Source: Gemmatimonadota bacterium (lineage in GTDB: Bacteria > Latescibacterota > UBA2968 > UBA8231). From it: DNA of 64,000 nt. Location: positions 9,640-73,639 of the forward strand of contig JABHFS010000154.1 of NCBI GenBank assembly GCA_018672475.1, written 5' to 3'. Position 1 is the stretch's first letter. Every line of letters begins with the position of its first letter. This document shows, piece by piece, positions 27,617-37,387 of this stretch. The notes beneath the pieces were generated by a model that searched no databases, had not been told where the DNA came from, and saw only the letters and a program-made list of their open reading frames with translations. The translations under genes were made by a program, and so were the position numbers.

Positions 27617-27650
27617 GAATGTCGGTGTTTATGAATCCGGTGCAACGCCT
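27617..27650. repeat. 34-bp direct repeat, copy 1 (in the aminotransferase / TPR divergent intergenic region)
   Basis: gaatgtcggtgtttatgaatccggtgcaacgcct. It shares a 14-mer (ccggtgcaacgcct), a 9-mer (cggtgttta) and a 5-mer in register with copy 2. Confidence 0.7.
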
Positions 27651-27767
27651 ATTATTGAGTAATATATCGCTTTTATTGTTCTTTATAAATGGTATATGTT
27701 TTTCACCCGGGAATATTTGGTCGAGTTCGCTGTGACGCTTATCCGTCCATAGCGTATACTTTCATTT

Positions 27768-30593
27768 ATGGTATCTGCATCACTCGACAAAAACGATTGC
27801 TTGCGCCTGCGCGAGACGCGCCCGGTCTGGGCGATCTATGCTCTCGTACTGGCTTTAGTCGCCGCGTTCTTCTTTGCCGACTTGCGCGACTTCCTGCAAC
27901 GGACTGATGATGCCGATGTTTTTCGCGCGCACGAGGCCATCAGAGGCGACTTCTCATTTTTTCTATCGCCCGAAAAACCCATGGCCTCGGGGCGCATCGT
28001 CGACGAGTTCGCGCTCTATCTGGTCTATTTGTTCTGTGGCAACGATCCGGGTGCTTTTCATCTGTTGGCCGCAATTGTACACGCGATGGCCAGCTTTGCC
28101 CTGGCTTTTGCCTTTCGGCGTTTGGGCGCGGATATGGCAACCAGTCTCGTCGGCGGTCTGCTCTTTTTATGCAATATCGCGCATGTCGAAACGGTGCAGT
28201 GGATCTCGGCGCTTGAATATCCCTTTGCCGTGCTCAATATCTCCTGTACGCTGTGTGTATACGCCAGCTATATCGAGGGTCGTCGCCGTGCGCTATTGCT
28301 ATTTTTTTATGGTGCTGTGCTGCTCTGCGCATTGACGCACTTCGTCTCGGTGCTGGTCCTGCCGTTGTGCTTGTTGTGGGGCTGGTGGCGTGGTGGGGCG
28401 ATAGTGGAAAGGGCCAAGGAATTGGCGCCGCTTTTGCTGTTGTTGCCGCCGGTGCTCTTTTTCGTCTTCGGTCTCACCGGTAGCCATACGACGACTTCGG
28501 TGGCATTGCATGCTTTACTGAATCAGTCGGTAGTGCTCTTGTTCGCCGATAGCGCAGGTTCCCTTTTATGGTTGTTGGGGCGTCTGCTGTCTTTGGCGCA
28601 CTGGGTCTCTGTGGTGCCGGGCGAGCGGGCGATGGTGGAGTTGTGGTTGGGTGGAGCCGTGTTGTTGCTTTTGCTGTGGGGCATATGGAAGGGGCGGACG
28701 GAGGTGCAGATATGGGGGCTGTGGACCTTGTTGTTTACGGTGCCCTTTGTGCCGGCCGTGGCCGTACACGCTGGTATCGCACGCTACGTCTATCTGGCCA
28801 CAGCCGGCTCGTCCTTTCTCATCGCCTGGGCATTGGTGCACGCCAGTAGCCGGCTGGGGCGGCGTGGTCTGCCTATCGGAGGAGTTGTTTTACTAGGAGT
28901 TGTCGCCTCGAGCTATGTCGCGGAGGATCGCATTGCTAACCTGACGCGATACCATACTGGGCGTTTTTTTGTTGTGGACGCGGATCCGCGGGTCGGGATG
29001 TCGCTTATTGACCAGGCACTGGAAATCGACCGCAGTCTGATCCCGGTGGCCGAAGCCCATTTATATTTGCTTGACGGCGCACTCCGGGCGGGGGTCGATT
29101 ATGAGGAGATCTTGCGGCGCGGCTTGCACGAATTACCGGAAGATCAGGATCTCCGTTTGGCGGCGCAACTGAGCGCGCAATTTGCGGGCATGGCAGAGAG
29201 GGATGACTTGGCTCGACTGCAGGCAGAGTATGCTACGGGTGAAAAGGTCTTTGCGCATCGGGTCGCTATTTTGAGCCAGCATTTTGGCAACTACTACACC
29301 GAGCGCGGTGAGTTCGCTCATGCCGTGCAGGCGTATCGCACCTCTTTGCATTATAGCATATCTGCACCGACTAATGCGAATACGGCCATGCGCTTGATCG
29401 AGAGCCAGCGCCGAAATGGCCGTTATGAAGAAGCTGTCGCCACCGTTGAAAAAGTCTGGATGCTGTACCAGGACGCCCCGGATTTTCTCTATTTAGCCGC
29501 ATTGTGTCTGCTGGAAGCAGGGGATCTCGACAAGGCGCAAAACGCCATTGAGCGCGGTTTGAGCCTGACGCCCACGGCCAATTTCTATGCGTTGGAGGGC
29601 GAAATATGGGCGCAGCGCGGTTTGTATGAGCGAGCCGCCGAGGCCTATCGCCACGCCATTTCCGTCGTTCCGCAAACCCCCGATCCCTTTTTGCTACTGG
29701 CGCGGCTGCACCGTGAACAAGGTGATATGGCGAGCGCTGTCGAGGTGTTGGAAAGAGCCATCGGCGTCTATCCGGATGCGGCGTTGGTATGGTATAATCT
29801 CGGCAATATCCGCCATGCGCTCGGCCGCAACGAGGAGGCTGCAATGGCGTATGGACACGCGGCGCGCTTGAACCCGGATCACGCCCAGGCCCACGCCAAT
29901 CTGGGCTTGCTGCTGGCCGGCTTGGGGCGCGGGGACGAAGCGGAAGCGGCGTTGCGTCGCGCGATTGCCGCACAACCCGAAAGCCCCGTATTCCACCATG
30001 AGTTGGGCATGTTAGTCCAGGAGCGCGGCGATAGGCAAATGGCGCTCGCCGAGTTGGAACAGGCGGTGCACTTGCAATCGCAAGATTTCGCGACTTACAC
30101 AGTACTGGCCCGCCTCTACCTAGATGCAAATCAGCACGAAAAGGCGCTGGCCGCCTATGTGCATTTTGTGCACGGTGATTGGAGGGCGGTTGCCGGCAGC
30201 GACTACGTGCGCGCGGGTATCGATTTGCAGGCATTGGGCGCAGGCGACCTGGCCGCCGAGGCTTACCGCCATGCGCTGGAGCGTGATAGCGGCGATGCGG
30301 CGGCGCGTATAAATCTGGGTTGGTTGTCGTATGAGCGCGGGGATTATGACAAGGCGATAGAGCAATACGAACATGTCTTGGCGAGGGAGGAAAATGCTAC
30401 GGCACAATTTAATTTGGGCCTGGCCCTCCTGGCGCGAGGTGACCTGGGCAGGGCGCGTGCGGCCTACGAGGAAGGGGTGGAGCTCTTCGGCGCACAGGAA
30501 GCGGTGCGCATTGGCGCGGTAGAAGATTTGCGCGCACTCACCGGGCACAATACAGAGGCGGCGGTGTTGTTGCGTCAACATTGGCCTCGCTGA
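27768..30593 (+). CDS. integral membrane protein with a polytopic N-terminal domain and a C-terminal tetratricopeptide-repeat region
   Basis: About 11 hydrophobic helices in the first 400 aa, then multiple 34-aa TPR units (AxxYRxAL...NLG motifs). Confidence 0.75.
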   Translation: MVSASLDKNDCLRLRETRPVWAIYALVLALVAAFFFADLRDFLQRTDDADVFRAHEAIRGDFSFFLSPEKPMASGRIVDEFALYLVYLFCGNDPGAFHLLAAIVHAMASFALAFAFRRLGADMATSLVGGLLFLCNIAHVETVQWISALEYPFAVLNISCTLCVYASYIEGRRRALLLFFYGAVLLCALTHFVSVLVLPLCLLWGWWRGGAIVERAKELAPLLLLLPPVLFFVFGLTGSHTTTSVALHALLNQSVVLLFADSAGSLLWLLGRLLSLAHWVSVVPGERAMVELWLGGAVLLLLLWGIWKGRTEVQIWGLWTLLFTVPFVPAVAVHAGIARYVYLATAGSSFLIAWALVHASSRLGRRGLPIGGVVLLGVVASSYVAEDRIANLTRYHTGRFFVVDADPRVGMSLIDQALEIDRSLIPVAEAHLYLLDGALRAGVDYEEILRRGLHELPEDQDLRLAAQLSAQFAGMAERDDLARLQAEYATGEKVFAHRVAILSQHFGNYYTERGEFAHAVQAYRTSLHYSISAPTNANTAMRLIESQRRNGRYEEAVATVEKVWMLYQDAPDFLYLAALCLLEAGDLDKAQNAIERGLSLTPTANFYALEGEIWAQRGLYERAAEAYRHAISVVPQTPDPFLLLARLHREQGDMASAVEVLERAIGVYPDAALVWYNLGNIRHALGRNEEAAMAYGHAARLNPDHAQAHANLGLLLAGLGRGDEAEAALRRAIAAQPESPVFHHELGMLVQERGDRQMALAELEQAVHLQSQDFATYTVLARLYLDANQHEKALAAYVHFVHGDWRAVAGSDYVRAGIDLQALGAGDLAAEAYRHALERDSGDAAARINLGWLSYERGDYDKAIEQYEHVLAREENATAQFNLGLALLARGDLGRARAAYEEGVELFGAQEAVRIGAVEDLRALTGHNTEAAVLLRQHWPR

Positions 30594-30600
30594 GCGTTGG

Positions 30601-30634
30601 GAATGCCGGTGTTTACGCGCCCGGTGCAACGCCT
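30601..30634. repeat. 34-bp direct repeat, copy 2 (immediately 3' of the TPR gene, overlapping the 3' end of the convergent hydrolase gene)
   Basis: gaatgccggtgtttacgcgcccggtgcaacgcct. Confidence 0.7.
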
Positions 30635-31206
30635 GATTTGCGGATCTGCGCCAAGCCCTCTTCGAGCCAGCCGGTGTTCCAGTGGTGTTTTATTTTTGCT
30701 CGAGGCAGAAAGATATGCTCAAGGCCGGTTTTGCACAGGGCTTGCGAGAATAGGTGCATTTCCGCGTGGAAGCTTTCGCCTGAAATCAATATCAGCGAAT
30801 GCGTCGGCGGCATAGCGGCTTGGAATGCCGTTATGGTATGCAGTGGCAGGTCCTGTTGCCATGCTGCGTCGTTTGCGTAGAATGGTTCGGTGCCCCACGG
30901 GGGCAACTGGTAGCGGACGACCGGGGAGTCGAAGATGATGGTGCCGGCGACGCGTTCGGGCATCGCCCGGGCGATATGCCAGGCGCCGAGACCCGACTTG
31001 CTGAAACCGACCAAGACGATCTCGCTGAGTCCGAGGGCTTCAATTTGCGCGATCGTCTCTTTGCAGACGGTCTCGTTATACCAGACCATTTTCGGAAAAC
31101 GGATCTGGTGGACTACGGCGTCAGGATAGGCCTCGATGTGCATCGGGGCCGTACCGTAGGTGGTGTCGTCCGGCTCTGTCGCCGGCAGGATAACGAGATT
31201 AGGCAT
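30613..31206 (-). CDS. alpha/beta-hydrolase-like protein
   Basis: GFSKSG (G-x-S-x-G nucleophile elbow) in a 197-aa protein. Confidence 0.5.
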   Translation of the reverse strand: MPNLVILPATEPDDTTYGTAPMHIEAYPDAVVHQIRFPKMVWYNETVCKETIAQIEALGLSEIVLVGFSKSGLGAWHIARAMPERVAGTIIFDSPVVRYQLPPWGTEPFYANDAAWQQDLPLHTITAFQAAMPPTHSLILISGESFHAEMHLFSQALCKTGLEHIFLPRAKIKHHWNTGWLEEGLAQIRKSGVAPGA

Positions 31207-31519
31207 AGGGCTTCTTCGTTGGTGTTTATCAGGTCCGGATGGACTGCGAGAGATTGCAGTGCTTTACTTGCTGTCATGGTCATGGCCATGGCTGTATGGA
31301 TTCACTGGCATGGGTGTGGAAAACTAATGCGGTGCTCAGGTGTCGCCTGGCTTTATTTTGCAGGGCGAAAAACAAGGGCCTTGAGGAAAAACAGCGGGTA
31401 GACGAGTGGGAACACATTGGGCAACCACCAGAAAAAGTCAAAATCCAGGCGGATGGCCTAAACCGACAGCGCCTGCAGGCCAGAACGGGACGTCAACACC
31501 AGCGAAACCGAGCCCAATT

Positions 31520-31831
31520 CTATGCATCGGTCATCGTCGCGCCGCCGCGCTTGCTCAGGGTCGGCGGTATGAGCATCTTGCGCCGCTCGCCGACCCGCAT
31601 GCCGACGATCCTTCGTCGACCCCGGCGATGACCTATTGGCCGCCGCGCGTGCTGTAGAGTGCACCCGTCGGTAAAAGTCGCACCCTCGTGGATAGACACG
31701 TGCTGGCTTGCGCGGGCGGCGGGTCCGGACCCCTTGGTGATTACAGTATAGGAGAGCCCGGACTCTGTGGAAAAGGTCTTGCCCGAACCCACGCAGCCGG
31801 CGACGAGTAATAGCAAGGCCAACGCCCTCAT
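31520..31831 (-). pseudogene. FKBP-type peptidyl-prolyl isomerase lipoprotein, apparently frameshifted
   Basis: Lipoprotein signal MRALALLLLVAGC and an FKBP start (GLSYTVITKGSGPAARASQHVSIHEGATFTDG). Later FKBP motifs occur in other frames (VIAGVDEG in +2; IVGMRVGERRKMLIPP in +1) with an in-frame TAG between them. Confidence 0.4.
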
Positions 31832-32790
31832 TTTTTCTCGATAATCTCTGCTGCCTCAATCCGGTCGACAAGAGCGACCGAGTGCACCACGTCGCGGATA
31901 TCGGTGAGCGGCTGGGTGTTGTTGTTGACGCTGTCGATAAAGTGCTCGTGCATATGCAACAGGCCTTCGTAGGCCGGTATGTCGTTTTCTTCGACACCGT
32001 CGACTTCCCAACCGCCGAGCTTGCGCACCTGATTGTCCTCGTGGATCTCGATACCTTCGGGGATATGCATATAGCAGCCGATGCCGACGCCGTGCAACTC
32101 GGAGCGGATGACTCGGCCGCCGGAGGCGCGGTTGCCGAACATTACACCGGTGGCGTCGTTGTCGAAGCGCACCATCGCGGTGTAGTGGCTAAAACCCTCG
32201 CCGCCGAACTTGTCCTGGTAGGCGGTGACCTCGGTCGGCTCGCCCCCGGCCATATAGCGCAGCAGGTCGACGACGTGGATCAGGTCATTCCACAAGGTGG
32301 TGGTGAATTCTTGGCCATTGGCGAAGAGCTGCTTGTTGAAGGTGGTCGTCGCCAGTGAGACGGGGCCTTTGGCATTGACCAGCCGCATCGCTTCGCGGGT
32401 GACGGCAGTGTGGCGGCGTTGCAGGCCGACCGCGACCCAGACATTGTGCTTCTCTGCCGCTTCGAGGATCTGGCGGGTCTCGTCGCTGTTGGCGCCGGTC
32501 GGTTTTTCGATAAAGAGGTGTTTGCCGGCGGCGATGCAGTCGAGCACCGGTTGCAATAGCCACTTCTCGTGCATGACGCAATAGACGATATCGGGGTCGA
32601 TCTCGTCGAGCATCGTGCGGTGGTCTTTGTAGGTGCGCTCGAAACCGTATTTTCCGACGACTTGCTTTAAGCGCTCATCGTCCAATTCGCAGACGGCGGC
32701 CATCTCGACCCGGTCGGCGAGGCGATGGACCGTGGGATAGTGGGCTTGTAGCCCGCGTCCGCCGGCGCCGATAAATCCCGCTTTTAACAT
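31828..32790 (-). CDS. Gfo/Idh/MocA family oxidoreductase
   Basis: MLKAGFIGAGGRG Rossmann start and a family-typical C-terminal alpha/beta domain. Confidence 0.85.
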   Translation of the reverse strand: MLKAGFIGAGGRGLQAHYPTVHRLADRVEMAAVCELDDERLKQVVGKYGFERTYKDHRTMLDEIDPDIVYCVMHEKWLLQPVLDCIAAGKHLFIEKPTGANSDETRQILEAAEKHNVWVAVGLQRRHTAVTREAMRLVNAKGPVSLATTTFNKQLFANGQEFTTTLWNDLIHVVDLLRYMAGGEPTEVTAYQDKFGGEGFSHYTAMVRFDNDATGVMFGNRASGGRVIRSELHGVGIGCYMHIPEGIEIHEDNQVRKLGGWEVDGVEENDIPAYEGLLHMHEHFIDSVNNNTQPLTDIRDVVHSVALVDRIEAAEIIEKK

Positions 32791-32794
32791 TGCA

Positions 32795-33622
32795 TTACTC
32801 CTTTGTGCGCAGGTTGTTAAAGAAGCGCACGTCGATGCGTGCCAGGTCGATGACGGTTTCGACGGTCTCGCCGCTGTACTCGCTGTGGAAGCTGACGGGG
32901 CCTTTGAAGTCGAGGCGTTCGAGGGTGGCGATTAGAGCCGGCCAATCGCCGAATCCTTGGCCGAGGCGCATTACGCCGACGGAGGGAGGACCCTGTTTGG
33001 TACTGCCGAGGGGGCGTTGGTGGATCAGGTCCTTGAAGGCCAACAGGCTCAAATATTCTTTGACGATATCGAGGGCCATTTCGATCGGCTCGCCGCAAAT
33101 CGAGAGGTGGCCCGGGTCGGCGAAGATGCCGACGTGCTGCGGGTCGCAGTCCTTGACGATATTCATCGCGGCGCAGGAGTTGAGGCCCATGGATTTGCCC
33201 GAGTGGTTGTGCACGACGGTTTTGACGCCGTGTTTGGCCGATAGTGCCTGGAAACCTTCCATATAGCCGCGAATCTTGTCGAGCTGGTCCCAATAGCCTT
33301 TTTCGGGCTCCCAGTACCAGTAGCCGAGTTTGACATGACCAACACCGGCTTCACCCATCGCGGCGTAGTAGGCCTCGGCATAGTCGATATCGGGGCGGTT
33401 GAAATCGCCCGGGGCGGTGACCAAGGGGATCGACAGACCCTGGTCGGCGAAGCGTTTGGCGGCTTCGGGCAAGGCGGTAGCAATATTACCGGGGTTGACA
33501 GGGTAGCCGTCGCGTACACAAAGGTCGGCTCCCTGCACGCCGACCGATTGCAAGGCGTCGATGATGCCCGGCACGTCCAAGCCCTCCAAATGCTTGGTGA
33601 ACATGATATAGGTCAGGTCCAT
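32795..33622 (-). CDS. sugar phosphate isomerase/epimerase (xylose isomerase-like TIM barrel)
   Basis: 275 aa with a TIM-barrel pattern. Conserved H, D and E metal ligands are spaced as in AP-endonuclease-2/xylose-isomerase-like proteins. Confidence 0.75.
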   Translation of the reverse strand: MDLTYIMFTKHLEGLDVPGIIDALQSVGVQGADLCVRDGYPVNPGNIATALPEAAKRFADQGLSIPLVTAPGDFNRPDIDYAEAYYAAMGEAGVGHVKLGYWYWEPEKGYWDQLDKIRGYMEGFQALSAKHGVKTVVHNHSGKSMGLNSCAAMNIVKDCDPQHVGIFADPGHLSICGEPIEMALDIVKEYLSLLAFKDLIHQRPLGSTKQGPPSVGVMRLGQGFGDWPALIATLERLDFKGPVSFHSEYSGETVETVIDLARIDVRFFNNLRTKE

Positions 33623-33705
33623 AAATTAGCTCCTTTTGGGTTTGACAGATCGGGGTAATGGTAGCAAAATAACAGAGTGGTGTAAACGGTATAGACGGAG
33701 AAACT

Positions 33706-34632
33706 ATGGAAGCGATCAAGATGGAATCGGGCCCGGAGATTGCGGTGCCCAAAATACTCGACGACGAGCAAGTGCAGTTTTTTATCGAGAACGGGTATCT
33801 GGTGGTGCCGGACTTGATGGAAGAAGCTGAACTGGATGAACTTAAAGCGGACCTGGTTGCCGTGGCGCGCGGCGGCTACGAGTGCGAGAATATCGAGCCG
33901 GTCGACTCCGCTTTGAGCGACCAAGAGGTCTTGGAGACGATTCTCTGTATTCACCAGCCGCATCATATCAGCTCGGTGATCGAAAAATACGTCCGCCACC
34001 CCAAGATCTGCGGGATCCTGAGCCAGATCACCGCCGCGCATTTGCCCTTCTGGGATGGCAGCGTCAAGTGTATGCAGTCGATGTATTTTGTTAAACCGCC
34101 GAATTTCCAAGGGCAGGCCTGGCACCAGGACGAAGTCTATATCCCGACGAGGGATCGCTCGCTGATTGGCGCCTGGATCGCGGTCGACGACGCGACGGTC
34201 GAAAATGGCTGCCTCTACGTGGTGCCGGGCTCGAATCGTTCGGGGTATCTCTATCCGCAGCACACGCACGAAAACCCCGACGAGTTCGATTTTGCGCCCG
34301 AGAGTTATGGTTTTGACGAGAGCGTTGAAATTCCCGTCGAGGTCAAGGCGGGTGCGTTGGTCTTTTTTAACGGCTATTTGTTACACCGCTCATATAAGAA
34401 TCGCGGCGACACTTATCGCCGGGTGTTGGTTAATCACTACTGCAATGCTTGGAGTCTGCTGCCTTGGAGTATTGAGGAGGGTGAGCGGCCGGCGAATGCG
34501 GATAGGCGCAATGTGTTGCCGGTAGCTGGGACCGACCCGTATGCCTGGAAAGGGTATCAGACGTCGACGAAGTCGGTGGGGTTGCGGCATTGTAAGGCGA
34601 TTGATGAGGTGCGGGCGAGCCGCGGAGAGTAG
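33706..34632 (+). CDS. phytanoyl-CoA dioxygenase (PhyH) family Fe(II)/2-oxoglutarate oxygenase
   Basis: N-terminal FFIENGYLVVPDLM...EL..LK motif and an H-x-D...H facial triad (WHQDEVY...LHRS). Confidence 0.8.
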   Translation: MEAIKMESGPEIAVPKILDDEQVQFFIENGYLVVPDLMEEAELDELKADLVAVARGGYECENIEPVDSALSDQEVLETILCIHQPHHISSVIEKYVRHPKICGILSQITAAHLPFWDGSVKCMQSMYFVKPPNFQGQAWHQDEVYIPTRDRSLIGAWIAVDDATVENGCLYVVPGSNRSGYLYPQHTHENPDEFDFAPESYGFDESVEIPVEVKAGALVFFNGYLLHRSYKNRGDTYRRVLVNHYCNAWSLLPWSIEEGERPANADRRNVLPVAGTDPYAWKGYQTSTKSVGLRHCKAIDEVRASRGE

Positions 34633-34904
34633 AGCGTTGGTGCGGTGGACGGCGAATTATAGGTATTACCGTCGCTCATTCTCTGAACACATCCTGTGTT
34701 CCTGCGAGGGCTATCCGCCTACGCCGCTTCCTGCGGCTATCGGGGGATAGAAATCCTTTCGGTAATTCCCTCAAATACCCCTCAGCTAACTCTGGGAGTA
34801 GAAGGGCAGAGAACGAAAAAGAGGGCTATTCGTAGCGTAATAAAAATAATCTACTCTTTCCAGTGTGCACACCAGAGGACGCTCCCCTGTTAAGGAGAAT
34901 CGCC

Positions 34905-36107
34905 ATGAGTCGGAAACTGCGCGTCGCAGCGATCTGCACTATTTATTATCCGATGTCACACGCCGACGCCATCGTTACAAAATTTCTCAAGGGCATGTCC
35001 ACCGACGAAGGTTTCTTCGCGCCTGAGGTCGAGGTGGTCTCGATGTATATCGACCATGTGCTCGAAAGCGATATCGGCGTCGGGTTGGCCCAAGCGCATG
35101 GCGTGCCGATTCATCCGAGCATTCGCCGCGCGCTGCATGCTGGGGCCGACGAACTCAATGTCGACGCGGTGCTGTTGGTCGGTGAGCACGGCGATTATCC
35201 GTGGAATGAGCGCGGTCGGCATATGTATCCTCGGCGCTATTTTTTTGAGCAGATCGCTGGGGTCTTCGCCGAGAGTGGGCGTTCGGTGCCGGTGTTTAGC
35301 GATAAACATTTTGCCTACGATTTTCGCGACGCGCAGTGGATGTGGGATCGCGCGGTAGAGTTGGGGATTCCGCTGATGGCCGGGTCCTGTTTACCGCTCG
35401 CCTGGCGTCGGCCTTGGTTGGAATACGCGTTGGATACGCCCGTAGAAGCGGCGTTGGCGGTCGGTTATGGTGGGATCGAGGCCTATGGTTATCATACGAT
35501 CGAGACGCTATTGTGCATGGTCGAGCGGCGGCCGGGCGGTGAGACCGGGGTGACAGCGGTGCAGTGTTTGGAAGGGGATGCGGTCTGGCAAGCCCGCGAC
35601 GAGGGGTTGTGGTCGGCCGAATTGGCCGAGGCAGCCTGCGCTGCGGTCGAGGACAAGCAGGACGGGGCGATGGAGGAACACGCGGCAAAACCGGCGGTCT
35701 TTCTGATCGAACACCGCGATGGATTGCGCACGGCCTGTTTGATGGTCAATGGCTATGTCCGGCATTGGTCTTATGCCGGCCGGGTCGCTGGTGCGGTCGA
35801 AGCGACGGAGTGTTTCCTGCAACCCGACGGGCCCGGTGCTAACTTCGGCTACCTGAACCTCAATATCCAGCGTTTCTTCGCTACGGGCCGTGCCCCCTAT
35901 CCACCGGAGCGCACCTTATTGGCAACGGGCATAATCGACGCGGCGATGAACTCGCGCCACGAGGGGCAGCGCAGAGTCGATACGCCGCATCTGGATATCG
36001 CGTATCGATCGTATGAAGAATTGCCTGCGCGTCCGTTGGGGCCGCGTCCGACGGGGGCGTGTTTGCAGCGCGATGCGCCGGATTTGTTAATCGAATGGCG
36101 GTCTTGA
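34905..36107 (+). CDS. hypothetical protein
   Basis: Long ORF with an AAGGAG RBS 8 nt upstream of the ATG at 34905. No family recognised. Confidence 0.5.
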   Translation: MSRKLRVAAICTIYYPMSHADAIVTKFLKGMSTDEGFFAPEVEVVSMYIDHVLESDIGVGLAQAHGVPIHPSIRRALHAGADELNVDAVLLVGEHGDYPWNERGRHMYPRRYFFEQIAGVFAESGRSVPVFSDKHFAYDFRDAQWMWDRAVELGIPLMAGSCLPLAWRRPWLEYALDTPVEAALAVGYGGIEAYGYHTIETLLCMVERRPGGETGVTAVQCLEGDAVWQARDEGLWSAELAEAACAAVEDKQDGAMEEHAAKPAVFLIEHRDGLRTACLMVNGYVRHWSYAGRVAGAVEATECFLQPDGPGANFGYLNLNIQRFFATGRAPYPPERTLLATGIIDAAMNSRHEGQRRVDTPHLDIAYRSYEELPARPLGPRPTGACLQRDAPDLLIEWRS

Positions 36108-36144
36108 CCGTGTTTCTTTAATGGGTGAATGAAAGCATGGTGGT

Positions 36145-37377
36145 ATGAGGCAACTGAAACCGAGGGAAAAGGGGTATGAAGAAGGGCTGGCGGCTGGGCG
36201 GGCGATCGTCGGCAAGTGGCGGCCAAGTTCGACCAGTCGGCTGGAAAACTGGATACTAGCGACAAGGGAAGCGCCGACGATTATCTGTGAGGATCGCGAT
36301 TTCGCGGAAGCTATGGGTGATTTACAGCGTTTGCATCAAGAGGACCTACCGGTGCTCGCGACGGATTTGCACCGGCACAAGATGGACGCGTTGCCCGATT
36401 TGAAGATATTCCCCGAGTTGGCGGGCATGGACCAGTATCTCGACGAAGAGGCCAAGGGATTTGCGGTGGGGGCGGGGATCGATGTCGGCGAGGTACTGTT
36501 GGACCGCTACTGCGAGGAGATCTACCTCGATATCGCGAGGGGCTATGGGCTGACGGTGGCGCAGTGTTCGGAATACTGGTTTCCCGAGACGCCGAATGGC
36601 CCGTTGTTGGGCAAGGGGTGGGACGATGCGATGGCTTGGTATCGCGAAACGCCCTTTGCGCTGCCTTCGACCGATCGAGGCGAGCCGGCGGTAGACGAAA
36701 TTCCGCCCCAGGCCGAGGGGCTGGGCTATCGCTGTGGTGGTTCGGGCAACGAAGTCGGTTTGTGCATCAGCATCGGCGGTGGGGCTGTATATGAGTACGA
36801 GGCGAAACCGGACAGGGTGCTTTTTCCGGTGCCGGTCAACGACCTGGTCCTGCGTTCCTGTGCCACGGTCTACGAGGCGGTCGAGATGCTGATCCGCTAC
36901 AATAGCTATTGGGGGCCGTGCAACCTCGTGGTCGGCGACGCGCAAGGCCGGGGGGCGCTCTTTGAAAAGTCGCGTTATACCTATGCCGTGCGCATGAGTG
37001 GTCGCAATGTGCTGATTACGACCTATGGCGGTTGCGAGGAAGAGGATATGCGCGCGCTCTGCGACACGAGTACCGCTTTGTTCGTGTACTACGAGCGGCG
37101 GTTGCAGGTGATGAAGGAGATCGTCGCCGAGGCGGAAGCCGGGGAAGGATTGGATCTGGACGTCTATTGGCGGTCGATTCTCCACCACGACGAAGAGGCA
37201 CCTGGTTGCACGCATCAGGAGACCCGGCCGGAGGGTATCGAGTTGTTTACCTTCGGCGCTTATGCGCATTTGCCGCGCGAGGGGCGGAGTTTGGCGAGGA
37301 CCTTGGCACGGGTAGACGGTGGGCTGCGCTATGGGTGCGAGACGCCGGCGGTGGAAAGCCGCTGGCGATTTACCTGA
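36145..37377 (+). CDS. hypothetical protein (possibly Ntn-hydrolase/peptidase C45-like)
   Basis: 410-aa ORF located 38 nt after the preceding gene. A Cys-rich glycine loop (GYRCGGSGNEVGLC) is present. The functional call is speculative. Confidence 0.45.
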   Translation: MRQLKPREKGYEEGLAAGRAIVGKWRPSSTSRLENWILATREAPTIICEDRDFAEAMGDLQRLHQEDLPVLATDLHRHKMDALPDLKIFPELAGMDQYLDEEAKGFAVGAGIDVGEVLLDRYCEEIYLDIARGYGLTVAQCSEYWFPETPNGPLLGKGWDDAMAWYRETPFALPSTDRGEPAVDEIPPQAEGLGYRCGGSGNEVGLCISIGGGAVYEYEAKPDRVLFPVPVNDLVLRSCATVYEAVEMLIRYNSYWGPCNLVVGDAQGRGALFEKSRYTYAVRMSGRNVLITTYGGCEEEDMRALCDTSTALFVYYERRLQVMKEIVAEAEAGEGLDLDVYWRSILHHDEEAPGCTHQETRPEGIELFTFGAYAHLPREGRSLARTLARVDGGLRYGCETPAVESRWRFT

Positions 37378-37387
37378 GGAGAGGTGC

